This document shows, one piece after another, positions 13,036 through 25,412 of a stretch of DNA of 64,000 nt (its first letter is position 1; every line of letters begins with the position of its first letter). The position numbers and the translations under genes were made by a program. Source of the stretch: Octopus vulgaris (Eukaryota). The notes below the pieces were generated by a model, which was given only the letters and a program-made list of their open reading frames with translations, had not been told where the DNA came from and ran no database searches. The DNA lies in contig OX597816.1 of the NCBI GenBank assembly GCA_951406725.2, positions 90,396,001 through 90,460,000 on the forward strand, written 5' to 3'.

Positions 13036-15139
13036 CCTGGAAGACAGAGTTTCAATCAAGGAGATTGTCAGAACTAAGTTATTAATTAGCAGTTAGATTC
13101 TTAAAAACTCTTGAAAATAAACTTTGTTCAATATGAAGGAAAGGAATAAGTTGAAACTTATATTTCTCTAAAGTGCAATTATGAAGTAGTAGAACTAGAA
13201 TGACATTATCCAAAAATCAATGTGACAGGATCATTTCTTTTGTAAAACTTTTAGGAGGATATAATGAAAGAAATGAAAACTATAACACCTGTTCACTATT
13301 AGAATGAAATAAGTTGAATTTTTTCCTATCATTGTAGAAGTAAATGCTTGAACTTAAAGTAGTTATAATTGCATAATGCTAGATATATGTGAAGGAGTGT
13401 GGACAGGTGACCAGGGTGAACATAAAATTGTAATTTCAATTCCTGGACTTGGCAGCACATTATGTCCATGGGCAAGACACTTCATTTTACCATTGCTCCA
13501 GTCTACTCAGCTGTAATGAGTATTAACCAAATGTTAATGCAACCTTCTCTCACTTCAGCTGTTACATTCTGGATGTGCCATGAGGTCAAAGGTGGAGGTG
13601 CTAAAAGGATGCCTTTGCTCCTGACTACATAAGCATATAAAACAATTAGCAAAAGCATGGTTCATGTTACCAAGTCATATTAATTTATGAGTGATGTTCA
13701 CCTGTACTAGAAATGTGTTTGTCCTGGACATAACTGCTTCTGATAGTCAGATCCTGGTCAGGGAGTTCCAAGGTTTTGAGGGGAGTGGATCCACATCTTA
13801 ACCACTGTTGTTCCTAGGTCTGCTCTGACCTGGAGTAGTAGCACTTTCCAGGGTACTAGCTATGGGTTAGTTAGCATATTAAGGATTGCATGTAAAGACT
13901 GGATCTGATGGACTCTGCAGAAAAAAAAACCTCATTATTCAACGGAGGAGAAGGCAGCTACAACAATGCATTGTGGAGTACAGAGAGCAAGATGAAGCCT
14001 GTAAGACATGTTGGTCATTTCCTGCATCTGTTTCCATCACAAGATGTCTTGACCTGGTCTTTCTACTGGATTGACGCTGGTCATAGATGAAAGAGTTAGG
14101 TAAATAGTATGCAACTCTTCCTTGTTTTAAACATCTAGAACAATGGGAACCATGATGTGCCATATTGCTGTCAGTGTATTTCAGTGGCTACTGAAACAAT
14201 TGTTAGTTAATATGTTCCTTATTTTTCAGTTGATAACAAACTTTGCCTCCAAACTTCTAATTATAAAGTCACTATTTTCATTATCAATCTTTGAGAAGGA
14301 TTTCACTTGTCATAAAAAGTCTCTTGTTTCTTTGAATTAACTGACAAAAATTGGAGTTTATAAGCAAAAACAAACTTAGCCCTCTCTTTGTCAAAGCAGA
14401 CCTACAGCTTTGCTATACAATTTAAATGGAGTCACTATTAATTTTTTACATGATTTAGTTTTGAATTTATGAAATTAAAAATAATGTTATCATCATCATC
14501 ATTTAGCATCCATTTTCCATACTGGCGAGTCAGAAGACTGCATCAATCTCTACTGTCTGCTTTGGCATATTTTCTATGGTTTGATGTCCTTCCAAATGCA
14601 ACCATTTTACAGTGTACTGGGTGCTTTTTAAATGGCACCAGCATCAGTGAGGTCACCAAGTAACTTCAGGACAAGACCCCCATCAACTGTGCAGGGAGTA
14701 GTATTAAGAGAAGAAAAAGGTGTCTTGCATTTGAAAAGAAACATAGCTACTTTAGATGGAAAAAGAGCAGGATGGTGAAGATGTGATGGAGAAGTAAAGG
14801 TGTACACCTAAGTTACAGGGAGTTATACAGATGTGTATACAGTGAAGTGGACCAGGGATTAGAGAGGGTGTTTGAGTGGGTGAGTTCACAATATTGCAAA
14901 AAGAGTGGGGAGGGAATGTAATAAGTGGCCACATGGTGGGGGAGGGAGTATTAGGAGGTTATGTTGTGAGGAAGGGATTCAACAAGGACATTGTGTGCAG
15001 ATAGGTACATGAAGGAGGGGAGGGGAATACAGCAGCGGTGAGAAGTAGGGAGGTGTCTGGATATTTTTTTTTAATGTTTTTTTTTTCTTGTTTCTTGTAT
15101 TCTCTAACTTTATATCAATGTAACTGTCTTCTATTTTAG

Positions 15140-15295
15140 ATTCCTACTTAAATGTGCTAGAGACATTTTCCAAGGGAAGAATTTGGTTGGTTTTGTCTCA
15201 TACCTCAATGCCAATTACACAACAGAACATCAAGATGTTGACTCCAATTTACACTTGTCAGCACTACTGAGATTATGTCAACATAGATCCAAAAG
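15140..15295 (+). CDS. ACOX1: ACOX1-like exon (missed by the ORF track)
   Basis: tag|A...AG|gtaaa, phase 2 at both ends. Encodes (K)FLLKCARDIFQGKNLVGFVSYLN...QHRSK(R), matching [24 protein letters not shown]. Confidence 0.92.
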
Positions 15296-15516
15296 GTAAA
15301 GTTTTGATTATTCTTTTATATGAAACAGATAAAAATATTTTTCATTTGCAAAGATAACAGGCATAGCTCTATGGTAAAATCTTGCTTCTCAACAACATGG
15401 TTCCAGGTTCAATCCCACTGCATGACACCTTAGGCAATTGCATCTTCTACTATAGCTTTGGGCCAACCAAAGCCTTATGAGTGGATTTGGTAGATGGAAA
15501 CTGAAAGAAGCCAGTC

Positions 15517-15558
<42 letters not shown>

Positions 15559-16064
15559 TATATACATACACATATATATTTGTTTGCTATTGTTGGAACA
15601 AACTGGCAAGCAGCCATGATCCTCATTGGTAATCATATATTTAATTTTCTTTGTACTGAAAAACAGGTTGACCTTGGCTAAGATCATATTTGTAATGATT
15701 TAGTTAATATGTAAACAACAATAACAATATCAGGATGATTATGATGATGATGACGACGATGTCTGTTTTCCATGCTGGCATGGGTTGGACAGTTCAACAG
15801 GACCTGGCAAGTTAAAAGACTGCACCAAGCCCTACTGGTATGGTTTCTGTGACTAGATGCTCTTCCTAATGCCAACTACTTTATAGACTATACTGGGTGC
15901 TTTTTACATGGCACCAGCAACAGTGAGGTGACCAAATAACTTGCAAGACAAGATCTTTTAACTAAGTGGGGAGTAGTATTGAAGGACAGAAATAGGTTTC
16001 CATCATCTTTGCCTATTTATTCCCTATGTAATGTAATATGAAATTTTCTTTTTCTTTTTTGTAG

Positions 16065-16170
16065 AATGCTTTTATATATTTCAGAACTTGTTTTTGAGAA
16101 GATAAATTCTGGAAGCTCACTTGAACAGGCATTCAATATGTGGTCAAATGAGATAAAAAATATGGCTGTT
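16065..16170 (+). CDS. ACOX1: ACOX1-like exon
   Basis: Polypyrimidine tract-gtag|A...GTT|gtaagt. Encodes MLLYISELVFEKINSGSSLEQAFNMWSNEIKNMAV (compare EVAWNLTSVDLVRASE). Phases fit both neighbours. Confidence 0.85.
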
Positions 16171-17538
16171 GTAAGTTGATTTTAAACAAAATTAAATGAA
16201 TTCGGTTAAATTTCTTTATATGTTTTTAACAAAAGATTTTTTTGCTTCTCCTTGAAGGCTTGTAAAGAAAGCATAACCTCTTATGTAAATATACTTCACT
16301 TGCATAATTGAAAAGAGAATTTCTGTGAGGTCACTTATTATGCTATAAATAGGAACCCAATATCCTTCAAATCTTGTTCTAATTCTGATAAGAAGGTAGG
16401 ATGGTTGTGTTAGATCTGTTTGATCAGGGCTCTTTCCTTTGGCTAAACAGCAACAACAAATATGCTTACAATAGTGCTCCTTAGAATAAGGAAATGTTGA
16501 CCCTGAATCCACCACATACTAGAGTAATATACATAACAAGAACAACAAAAGTTTATAACACTTTACTCGTTTCCAAAAGCATATATATATATATATATAT
16601 ATCATTATCATCATCATCGTTTAACATCCGTTTTCCATGCTAGCATAGGCTAGACGGTTTGACTGGAATCTGGGAAGCCAGGAGGCTGCACCAGGCTCCA
16701 GTCTGATCTGTCAGTGTTTCTACAGCTGGATGCCCTTCCTAATGCCAACCACTCCATGAGTGTAGTGGTGCTTTTTACATGCCACCAGCACAGTAGCCAG
16801 AGGAGGCTGGCAACATCCATGATTGGTTGAAGCTTTTTACGTGCCACCGGCATGGGTATCACTACTACAATTTCCATTTGATTTTTATTTTGATGTTGAT
16901 GTATTTGACTCAATAGGTCTCCTCAAGCACAGCAGGTCACCCTACGATCCAAGGTAAGCATAGTAGGCCATCCTGCGAGCCATGAACTCACTTCATTTGT
17001 CGGATCTTCGCTGTCACAGCATATCTCCAGAGGTCTCGGTCTTTCGTCATTGCCTCTGTGAGGCCTAATGTTCAAAGGTCATGATTGACAACCGCATCCC
17101 ATGTCTTCCTGGGTCTATCTCTACCCCGGATTCCTTCAACTTTAGCAAATAATTCTCGCCATTATATCATTTTTATATATATTGATAAATATAAATTACG
17201 ATAGATATTAATTCTTATATCTATTTATTTAGATTTTTTTTTTACATTTAATTTAATTAGGTGGTATATTTATTATGTAGTATTAAATTTTAAGATAATT
17301 AGGTATTATATTAATTGATATTTAGTCAACTATATCATAGATTGATATATTAAATCTATAGATACTACATATGTATATTAATTATATAGTTAGCTTATTT
17401 AATGAGTTTGTCTATATTTGAACCATTTCTTATTTTGATTACAATTTAATGACTTGTACTAGCAATGTGTATATTAATTAATTTTAAAGTATTTAATAAT
17501 TTAAGTATTGTTTTAGTTTTCACTTAATGTATATTTAG

Positions 17539-17586
<48 letters not shown>

Positions 17587-17628
17587 GTATGTTTATTAAT
17601 TAATTATTTTATTATTCTAGTTTATTTT

Positions 17629-17732
17629 TAACCTGATGAGTAGCTATATTTATATCGAAGTGATTTTACTACTACTATTAATTTTTTTACTATAATCATT
17701 TCTTAAATATAGCCACGAAACACGTGTCGTTA
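17629..17732 (+). ncRNA. Type I hammerhead ribozyme motif with intact catalytic core
   Basis: TAAC-CTGATGA-GTAGCTATATTTA...TAAATATAGCCAC-GAAA-CACGTG-TC-GTTA. Stem I is 4 bp, stem II is 12 of 13 bp, stem III is palindromic, and the cleavage triplet is GUC. Confidence 0.8.
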
Positions 17733-18009
17733 TTCTACCAATTATATACGTTTTTATTATTTTTTCGCAATTTACTTTGGTATTTTATTATTTATTTAAT
17801 ATTAATACATTGGTATTTTATTGTTTTAATTTTAATATTTCTATTATATGTAATTTTCTAGATGGTGTAATTTAATTGTTCATTTTGAATTGATAAAAGG
17901 TGGTTCTTTCTAATTTTTTATATATATATATATTATAATGTGTGAAATTTGATTTAGTATTTCTAAATTGAATTTTTTCCCTATAAGTTAGGATTAATAT
18001 TCCCTCAAA

Positions 18010-18052
<43 letters not shown>

Positions 18053-18863
18053 TTTTCAAATTTTAAAAGAACTCCAAAAATTTCATTGAAACTGAATTTA
18101 AAGTAATACAATATTGGTAGAGTACCACTAAATGCTTTATTATTTTTGCTCTCCTTGGTTTTGGGCCTCAGGCCCAATTAGTCCTCCACAGGAGCTAGGT
18201 TAAAAGTCTTCACAGAGTGTGGTTTTTAAGCTAGTTCTTAAAATAAACCACAAAAACCATGTCATATTCAGCTACCTAGGGTTTCCTAATCAAAATATTA
18301 AATTTATTTCACCGCAGTTCCAACCTGTAAACTCTGGGTAGCTAAATTTCACATGGTTGGTTTTTGTTTAATTTTTATTAATTATCTACTCTGATTGAAT
18401 GCTTCATACCACACATGTCTGTACACACACATATACAATTACGCATGTAAATACTGCTTTCAGCAGAGATCCTCAATGCATCACAAAAAATAATGGAATT
18501 TATCCTCAGCTGTGAGCAAGCACATAGGAATGTAGAAGAAAGCTGAGACTCTTAAAGCAGATGATAGTACTGAAATGCTTTATTATTTTCCCCCTCTCTT
18601 CTATTTCTGTCTTGCAAGTTATTTAGAAACCTCACTAATGTTGGTAGCATGAAAAAAGCACTCAGTACATACTGTAAAGTGATCAGCATTAGGAAGGGCA
18701 TCCAGCTGTAGAAACCACACCAGAACTAATACTGATTCTATCAAACCATCCAACCCATGCCAGCATGGAAATTGAATGCTAAATGAATAATCATAATCAT
18801 CATCATTACTATGACAATGACAATGAGTTCAATTACAATTATAGTTTTATGTTATTATTATAG

Positions 18864-19007
18864 GCTGTCTGTCAAGTTTACACCATGGAAAAATTCATTG
18901 AAGCTATTGGTCAAATAAAAGAAAATTGCTTGGCATCAGTATTGACTGATGTTTGTAAATTTTATTGTGTATTTAATATTGTGGAGAATATTGGTGATTT
19001 TTTACAA
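18864..19007 (+). CDS. ACOX1: ACOX1-like exon
   Basis: tag|GCT...CAA|gtaagt, 144 nt, phase 0/0. Encodes AVCQVYTMEKFIEAIGQIKENCLASVLTDVCKFYCVFNIVENIGDFLQ (compare ...QNAGDFLQ). Confidence 0.92.
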
Positions 19008-19752
19008 GTAAGTTGGAAATTATTTTTATGATATAAATTTTTTTATTATTTTTAACAATTCTGATAAAGTAGATCATTTCCTAATATAATTTTATTATCC
19101 ATTGAAGTGAATACTAATTTTACAGAAATTCTTTTAATATAAAACACAAATTCTTGGATCGATAGAATATATTTCTGTCATTCAAGATCCACTGTTATAT
19201 CATTGTTACCCATAACAGGCTAATTAATAAAGCATCAAACTTCTTGTTAATTATTCAATCAGTTTGGTATACCACTATTTAGTGCTTCTTAATTGCTGTC
19301 TAATTCTTTTCTAAGACAAAAGCATAGTGTTCTGGCACTAGATAAAGTGCTAACATTCAATCTAGCCATTTATTATGTAAAAGTTGAAAAAGGTGTGTCA
19401 CAGAATATTTTTGTTGTTTTAAAATATGGTATTAAACATTTTTTTCCCAAGCTTTGCTACTGTCTTCAAATCCCTTCCACTACTTTTCTATAATGTTGAT
19501 GTACAAAAAATTTCATGTAATATTTTGTTTTTAAAGACTGGCAGAATCAGTTAAACAATGGACAAAATGTCCTGTGGTATTTTGCTATATACTTTAATGT
19601 TCTGAGTTGTAACAAGTAACAGGGTGAGCTAATCAACTGTGCTACACCAGTCTTCCAAATTTTTAAGGATGATATCCTTGTTAGAGATCAATGTTGTGTT
19701 TTTCCCACTCTCTACATGTCTTCCCAATTATATTTATACTATTTCTTTTCAG

Positions 19753-19959
19753 TTCAACCTTCTCACCCAAGAACAGATAAAATTACTGAAAACTGCAATG
19801 TATAATCAACTGTCCAAAATAAGGCCTAGTGCTGTAGCATTAGTAGATGCCTTCGATTTCTCTGACCGTTTGCTTCACAGTGCTCTTGGTCGTTATGATG
19901 GTCAAGTTTATCAAGCTCTTTATGACTATGCCAAACTTGCTCCAATTAATTCAAAAGAA
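19753..19959 (+). CDS. ACOX1: ACOX1-like exon
   Basis: ttttcag|TTC...GAA|gtaagt, 207 nt. Encodes ...KIRPSAVALVDAFDFSDRLLHSALGRYDGQVYQALYDYAKLAPINSKE. Confidence 0.95.
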
Positions 19960-21936
19960 GTAAGTGTATTTTGTAACATCATCACCATGGTTTAATTACA
20001 TGTTCCATGCTGGTATGAGTTGGATAGTTTGACAGGATGGATCCAAATGGGTCCAAATACTGCATTCTTCTTCAATGTCTGCTTTGGCTTGGTGTCTACA
20101 GCTGGATACCTTTCTCATTGCCAACCACTTTACAGCATGTACTGGGGCTTTTTTTCAAAGTACCAGCAGTAGTGGGGGTGCCATACAGCCTGCTAGACTT
20201 AGAATCCTTTGTACTGAGTGGGGTTACAGAAGGGAGGAAGGTGGTTTTATGCTAGGGGACGAGGGAGTTAAGGTGGTCAGAACAGGCTTCTTGCTGTAAA
20301 GGAGCTACATGGTTACTAACGTTATATAAGAGAGGGTAAGAGTGGTGGGGTGATGCTAGAAAGAGATAAAGATAGTGGTGATGAGGTGTTAGGGTGGACC
20401 CTCAAATATGAGGTGGGTAGAAGTGAGTGGGGACAGGAGAGTAGGAAGTATGGGTGGTTAGAGGTTGCAAGCGAATATGAGAGATGGTTAGAAATAGAGG
20501 ATGGGTAAGAGAATGAATATAATGAAGAACAAGTGTTGAGAGATGAGAAGTAGGGAAGAGGGGAAAAATAGGTGATAAAGGCATAGGTGACTAGGATATG
20601 AGGGAAAATGGTATGGACAATAGAAAGATGAGTGAGTGAGAGGGATGTGTGACACAAGGGATGAGAGATAGAGAGATGAATGATGTGGGTGTTTGAGAGT
20701 TGGGAGAAGAAGCTTCATCAACAGAAGCAACATACTTTTGCACAAGTGGTTATAGGGCGTTGGTGGGGAGTAAATTATTGCTAGTCAGTCAAATGACTTT
20801 CTTTTGGACATGGTCTTGAATGTTTGTCTCTAGCAGCAACACTCTCCTAGATATGTGATCAGTACTCCAATCTGGATCTTATTTGAGCATTGTTGAAGGT
20901 TAACAACTGATCTGGGCTGAAATATCACCATTCTCTAAAGAGAAAGTGAAATCTTTGGCATGTATGGTTTTGGCAATATGAGGTTTAATGTGAAAGATTT
21001 AAGAAATTGTGCACTTTCAATAACTTTGAAAGTTTAATAAGGCTTGAAAATTTAGAAATTGTAAAGTGAAGTAAAATAAGCAAAAGTTATTTCCAAAATA
21101 ATGCGATGGTGGTGGTTATCTGACGATGGTAACGGCAAAGTTAATGCTGATAATGATGAGAACTTCTGTAGGAAGAGAGAATATCTATCAACATGGAGTT
21201 TTGAATTCAATGCACTCTGATATCTTTCTACTATTGTTTCCACCAACATAATTAACCAATTAAATAACTTAAATACCATGTGTTTATAGAAGCCTTTGTT
21301 TTTACTACTTGCTAGGGATGGAGGGAGGAGCAGTACCCATATCTTATGCTGGCCCTCAGAGACTTCTGAGTTTGATACCATTAATGTTACATTTAAACTG
21401 TTGTGTGTCAACACCTGCAGAAAACGACATATGTAGAGATGACACTCCAGAGGTCAGATGTTTTGGGGAGGAAGGACTTGGCATAATTGTTAAGTTAGAG
21501 ACTGAAGGGTTGGACACTTTAAGGAGAGATAAGTGGATCAGCAGTGCCAGTGAGAGGAGATACAAGAGCAGCCAACTTTAAGAAACAAAGTGATTTGATG
21601 TCAGTAGCTATTCACTTGATATCTATGGGCTTAGCAACCTCATCATCCCTGATCAAGACCTCAAATGAGCTTTGTAGCAATTGTTGGAGGTTAAAATAGC
21701 TGTAGTTTCTTAAAATAAATTAACATTACCGTACTCTCAACTAAGTTTCATTCCTGTTATTTTTAACTTGTAAAAATCCCCTCATTGCTTTCTTAGAAGT
21801 TAAAATGTTTTGTTTGTTTCATAGAAACTGATTTCGTTTTGTTTGAATTTATTACTTTGTAAAATAAATGTTTTTCATCTTTTATACATTTATTTAAAAC
21901 TATATATATATATATATATTGTTTTTGTTTTCTCAG

Positions 21937-22005
21937 GTACATGACAGCTGCAAGGAACATCTGCTTCCATTTCTCAAAGAGCAGAGATTGAAAGCTCAAT
22001 TATAA
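21937..22005 (+). CDS. ACOX1: ACOX1-like terminal exon ending in PTS1-like AQL
   Basis: tctcag|GTA. Encodes VHDSCKEHLLPFLKEQRLKAQL* (compare VHESYKHLKSLQSKL). AATAAA signals follow near 22370 and 22522. Confidence 0.9.
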   Translation, partial: VHDSCKEHLLPFLKEQRLKAQL

Positions 22006-23539
22006 AGGAAAATTTTAGATTTTAATCTTTACAAAATTATAATTCCTCCAGACTTTGTCTACTCATTCACCTGGTGCTATAGAATCTGTTTCATAAAAAT
22101 ACTGCATACAGTACATATTTTCATTGTTATATTTCTGGTTTCCTGACGGATTTGTTAATGAAGAAAATTTTTTTGAACTGTTCTTTCAATGGAAAGATTT
22201 ACTATGAAACGCCAACACTTATATGTTGGCTTTTCATTGACCATTAACTTTAAGAAAGTTTAGTACTTTTGCAGTGGAATGAATGAAACTGATTATAACT
22301 ATTTTAATTGATTTCAAATTATTTCCATGATTGTAATTAATTTCTTCATCGAATTTAATCATATTATTCAAATAAAAATTTACAAAACCATATTTAAAAA
22401 ATATAATTGCTTAGATATATGTTAATTTCATCATACAAAACCAATATTTGATCAGAACAATTGGGAGCAACTTGAAATTGAAATAATTTCATCGAATTCA
22501 AAGACACCCTATAATTAATAGAATAAACATAATTAATTAATAAAAAAAGTTTTATTTTTACATTTGTAACTCTTACTCTTACTTGTTTCAGTCATTTGAC
22601 TGTGGCCATGCTGGAGCACCGCCTTTAGTCGAGCAAATCGACCCCAGTACTTATTCTTTGTAAGCCTAGTACTTATTCTATCTTTTTTCTTCACAAATGT
22701 AAATAAACCCAATCTGTTTCTTAAATGAGGGACATATTCATACGGCACAGAATGTATTTTACCTCAATAGATGTCAGTGATTGGTTGAAATTGCAGAAAA
22801 AAAACAACAAATATCTTACAAACTATAGAATTTTCTCAGTAAAGCCAAGAGAAAAAGATGTTTTATAAACACATTCTACCAGTATAGGAAGTTTAAAATT
22901 TTTTAGTTACCTAGAAATTATGTTAAAAACTGCCATTCAAACCGAAAAGATCCCTACTTGATAACTAGTGTTGCTTTGTTTATGTCACTATAAACTTAGT
23001 GGTTTGACAAAAGAAGTTGATGCAATAAGTATCAGACTTAAAAGATAAGTATTGGAGTGATTTGTTTTGACTGAACCATTCGAAGCAGTGCCCCAACATA
23101 GCTGCAGCCCATTGACGGAAACAAGTAAGAGATAAAATGGTATTATGCAAAGTCAGAGCAAATAACCAAATGTTTCTCACTTGTACGCATTGTGTTGCTC
23201 ATATACCACTGTCCAGTGACCATACACATTGCTATATAAAAAAACAAATCATGTAAGAGACTTGCCATATGTCTGAAAGCATCCATTGTTATAAAATTTT
23301 GAGTCTTGATTAAGAAATATGCTAATAAAAGTTACAATAAAAAACATAAATAAAATATTTTTTGTTAATTATTCAAGAAAATAAAATGTTTTTGCCATCA
23401 TGCCACTTAGAATTAATTACGGGGATATGTTAACATTTATTTCCTGTTTATTTTACACATGTTTCAGAAATATCTGATATATTGACAATCCTATTTTTCT
23501 ATGCCAATAAATATTTTTGTATATCTACTCAGTATTTTG

Positions 23540-24230
23540 TTTTACTGTCACTACAATGAGATGGGTGGAATCTCATGAAATTGGAAAAACAAACAACAAA
23601 TGGGTTGTACCTTATAATGAAAGTCTTTTAAGAACATTCAAATGCCACTGCAATGTTGAAATTGTTGCTACATCATCAAGTACATGCTGTATGGAAATGA
23701 CCAAGCTGCTGTTCAAATAAACAGTGATAACGAAATTAGTCAATGGGCAGATATATTGGACCATCCAAAACAGTTTCATCCATTTTAGGATTTTCAATTC
23801 ATGAAAGAGTACCTGCAATAGTGAGACTGCAAGTTCATCTACCAGATGAACAAAGAATATTACTCAGAAATTAAGAGGATACATATGGTTGTCAATGAAC
23901 AACATTAACAGAATTCTTTTCATTGTGCATCAATGATGACTTTGCAAAAATATTACTTAATGCTGAAGTACCCGTTTATTTGACTTGAAACAGTAGTAAC
24001 AAAGAATGGCAAAGAAGAAAGTAAGGAAAAAATGTTGAAGGCCATTTGAATGTTTTTGAAGAAGAAACACTTGGTCATTTTTATGTTGTCACACCAAAGA
24101 CAGGAGAACTGTGTTATTTGAGAATTTTATTGTACAAACTTCGAAATAGTATTTTTTCCTTTACTGCTGCACATCAACATTTTCAACTTGGAGTGGTTGT
24201 GACCCAGTGGGTCACGGCGGGAACATCTAG
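23540..24230 (+). mobile_element. Internally deleted Helitron (RepHel fragment with intact 3' end)
   Basis: NNKWVVPYNESLLRTFKCHCNVE, VRLQVHLPDEQR and TLGHFYVVTPKTGELCYLRILL are RepHel motifs. Hairpin GTGACCCagtGGGTCAC at 24199-24215 is followed by CTAG|T at 24227-24231. Confidence 0.85.
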
Positions 24231-25183
24231 TATCTTCTAATATAATAAAATGCTAAGTGTTGCCCCTGCTGGCCACGCTGTACCTGTAGGGAAAGAAAAC
24301 TAAAACAACAGATGAAGTGGGAGTATGTGGCAGTGAGAGATATTACTGCAGGTGGACAACATTTAAACACTTTACTCCAAAGACACTAGGGGAAAAAAAG
24401 TAAAACAACAAACGGAGTGGTAGTGAGTCAGGTGGCAAACTGTAGTGAGCTCTAAAGTAAACAGTATTTAAATGAAAACGAAATAAAGTTTTCATTGTAA
24501 ATTCATCATCATCATCATCATTTAACGTCCATTTTCCATGCTGGCATGGGTTGGACAGTTTGACTGAGGACTGGAGAGCCAGTGGCTGCACCAGGCTCCA
24601 ATCTGATCTGGCAATGTTTCTACAGCTGGATGCCCTTTCTAATGCCAACCATTCCGAGAGTGTAGTGAGTACTTTTTACATGCCACCAGCACAGGAGCCA
24701 GTAAGGCAGGCCTGGCATTGATCATTTTGGATAGTGGTTTTTATGTACCACCGGCATGGGAGCCAGTCTGGGGGCACAGGTATTGGCCACGTTCAGATGG
24801 TGCTTTTTATGTGCCACTAGCAAGGGAGCCAGTCAGGCAGACCTGGCATCAACCATGTTGGGTTCAGCTACTCTGCATTGATAAAGGGCAAATACCCTGA
24901 AACATGTCTGCAAATGCCTGACCAGCGAGAGGAAGTGGCTAACCTCCCCTGTTCGAAGGTTATAATGGACACAGGTTCGTGGGTCATATAGCTAGCTTTC
25001 GTTCTATATTTATGGACTGCCATATTAGCTTGACGATAACTGTTAATATATATATACATATATATATGCACATTTATACATATATACACACACACATATA
25101 TATATATATATTTCGTTTTTAGATTTGGTTTGCAAGATTCTTTATATGAGTTCATGTATTGAAGCATATTCTGTTGTGTCTGG

Positions 25184-25412
25184 GGAGAGTCATTTTCTTT
25201 TTGTGCTTTATAATTTAATGCACTCGCTGGTAAAATTTCCAATTATTTTTTATTTTTAGTTTCCTAAAATTTTCATTGCATATTGCAACCTTTTCAATAG
25301 TCTAAGACTATTGAAAAGGTTGTAAATTTTAGGAAACTAAAAATAAAAAATAATTGGAAATTTTACTGGCGAGTGCATTAAATTATAAGGCACAAAAAGA
25401 AAATGACTCTCC
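25184..25412. repeat. Near-perfect fold-back palindrome with ~110-bp arms
   Basis: GGAGAGTCATTTTCTTTTTGTGC...CAATAGTC-taa-GACTATTG...GCACAAAAAGAAAATGACTCTCC, with one ~12-nt indel and a few mismatches. Confidence 0.95.

Noticed and set aside
20200-20820. Purine-rich tract with several minus-strand ORFs
   Set aside because: Low-complexity sequence attached to an RTE-type repeat, with a similar tract at 14690-15060. No coding signal.
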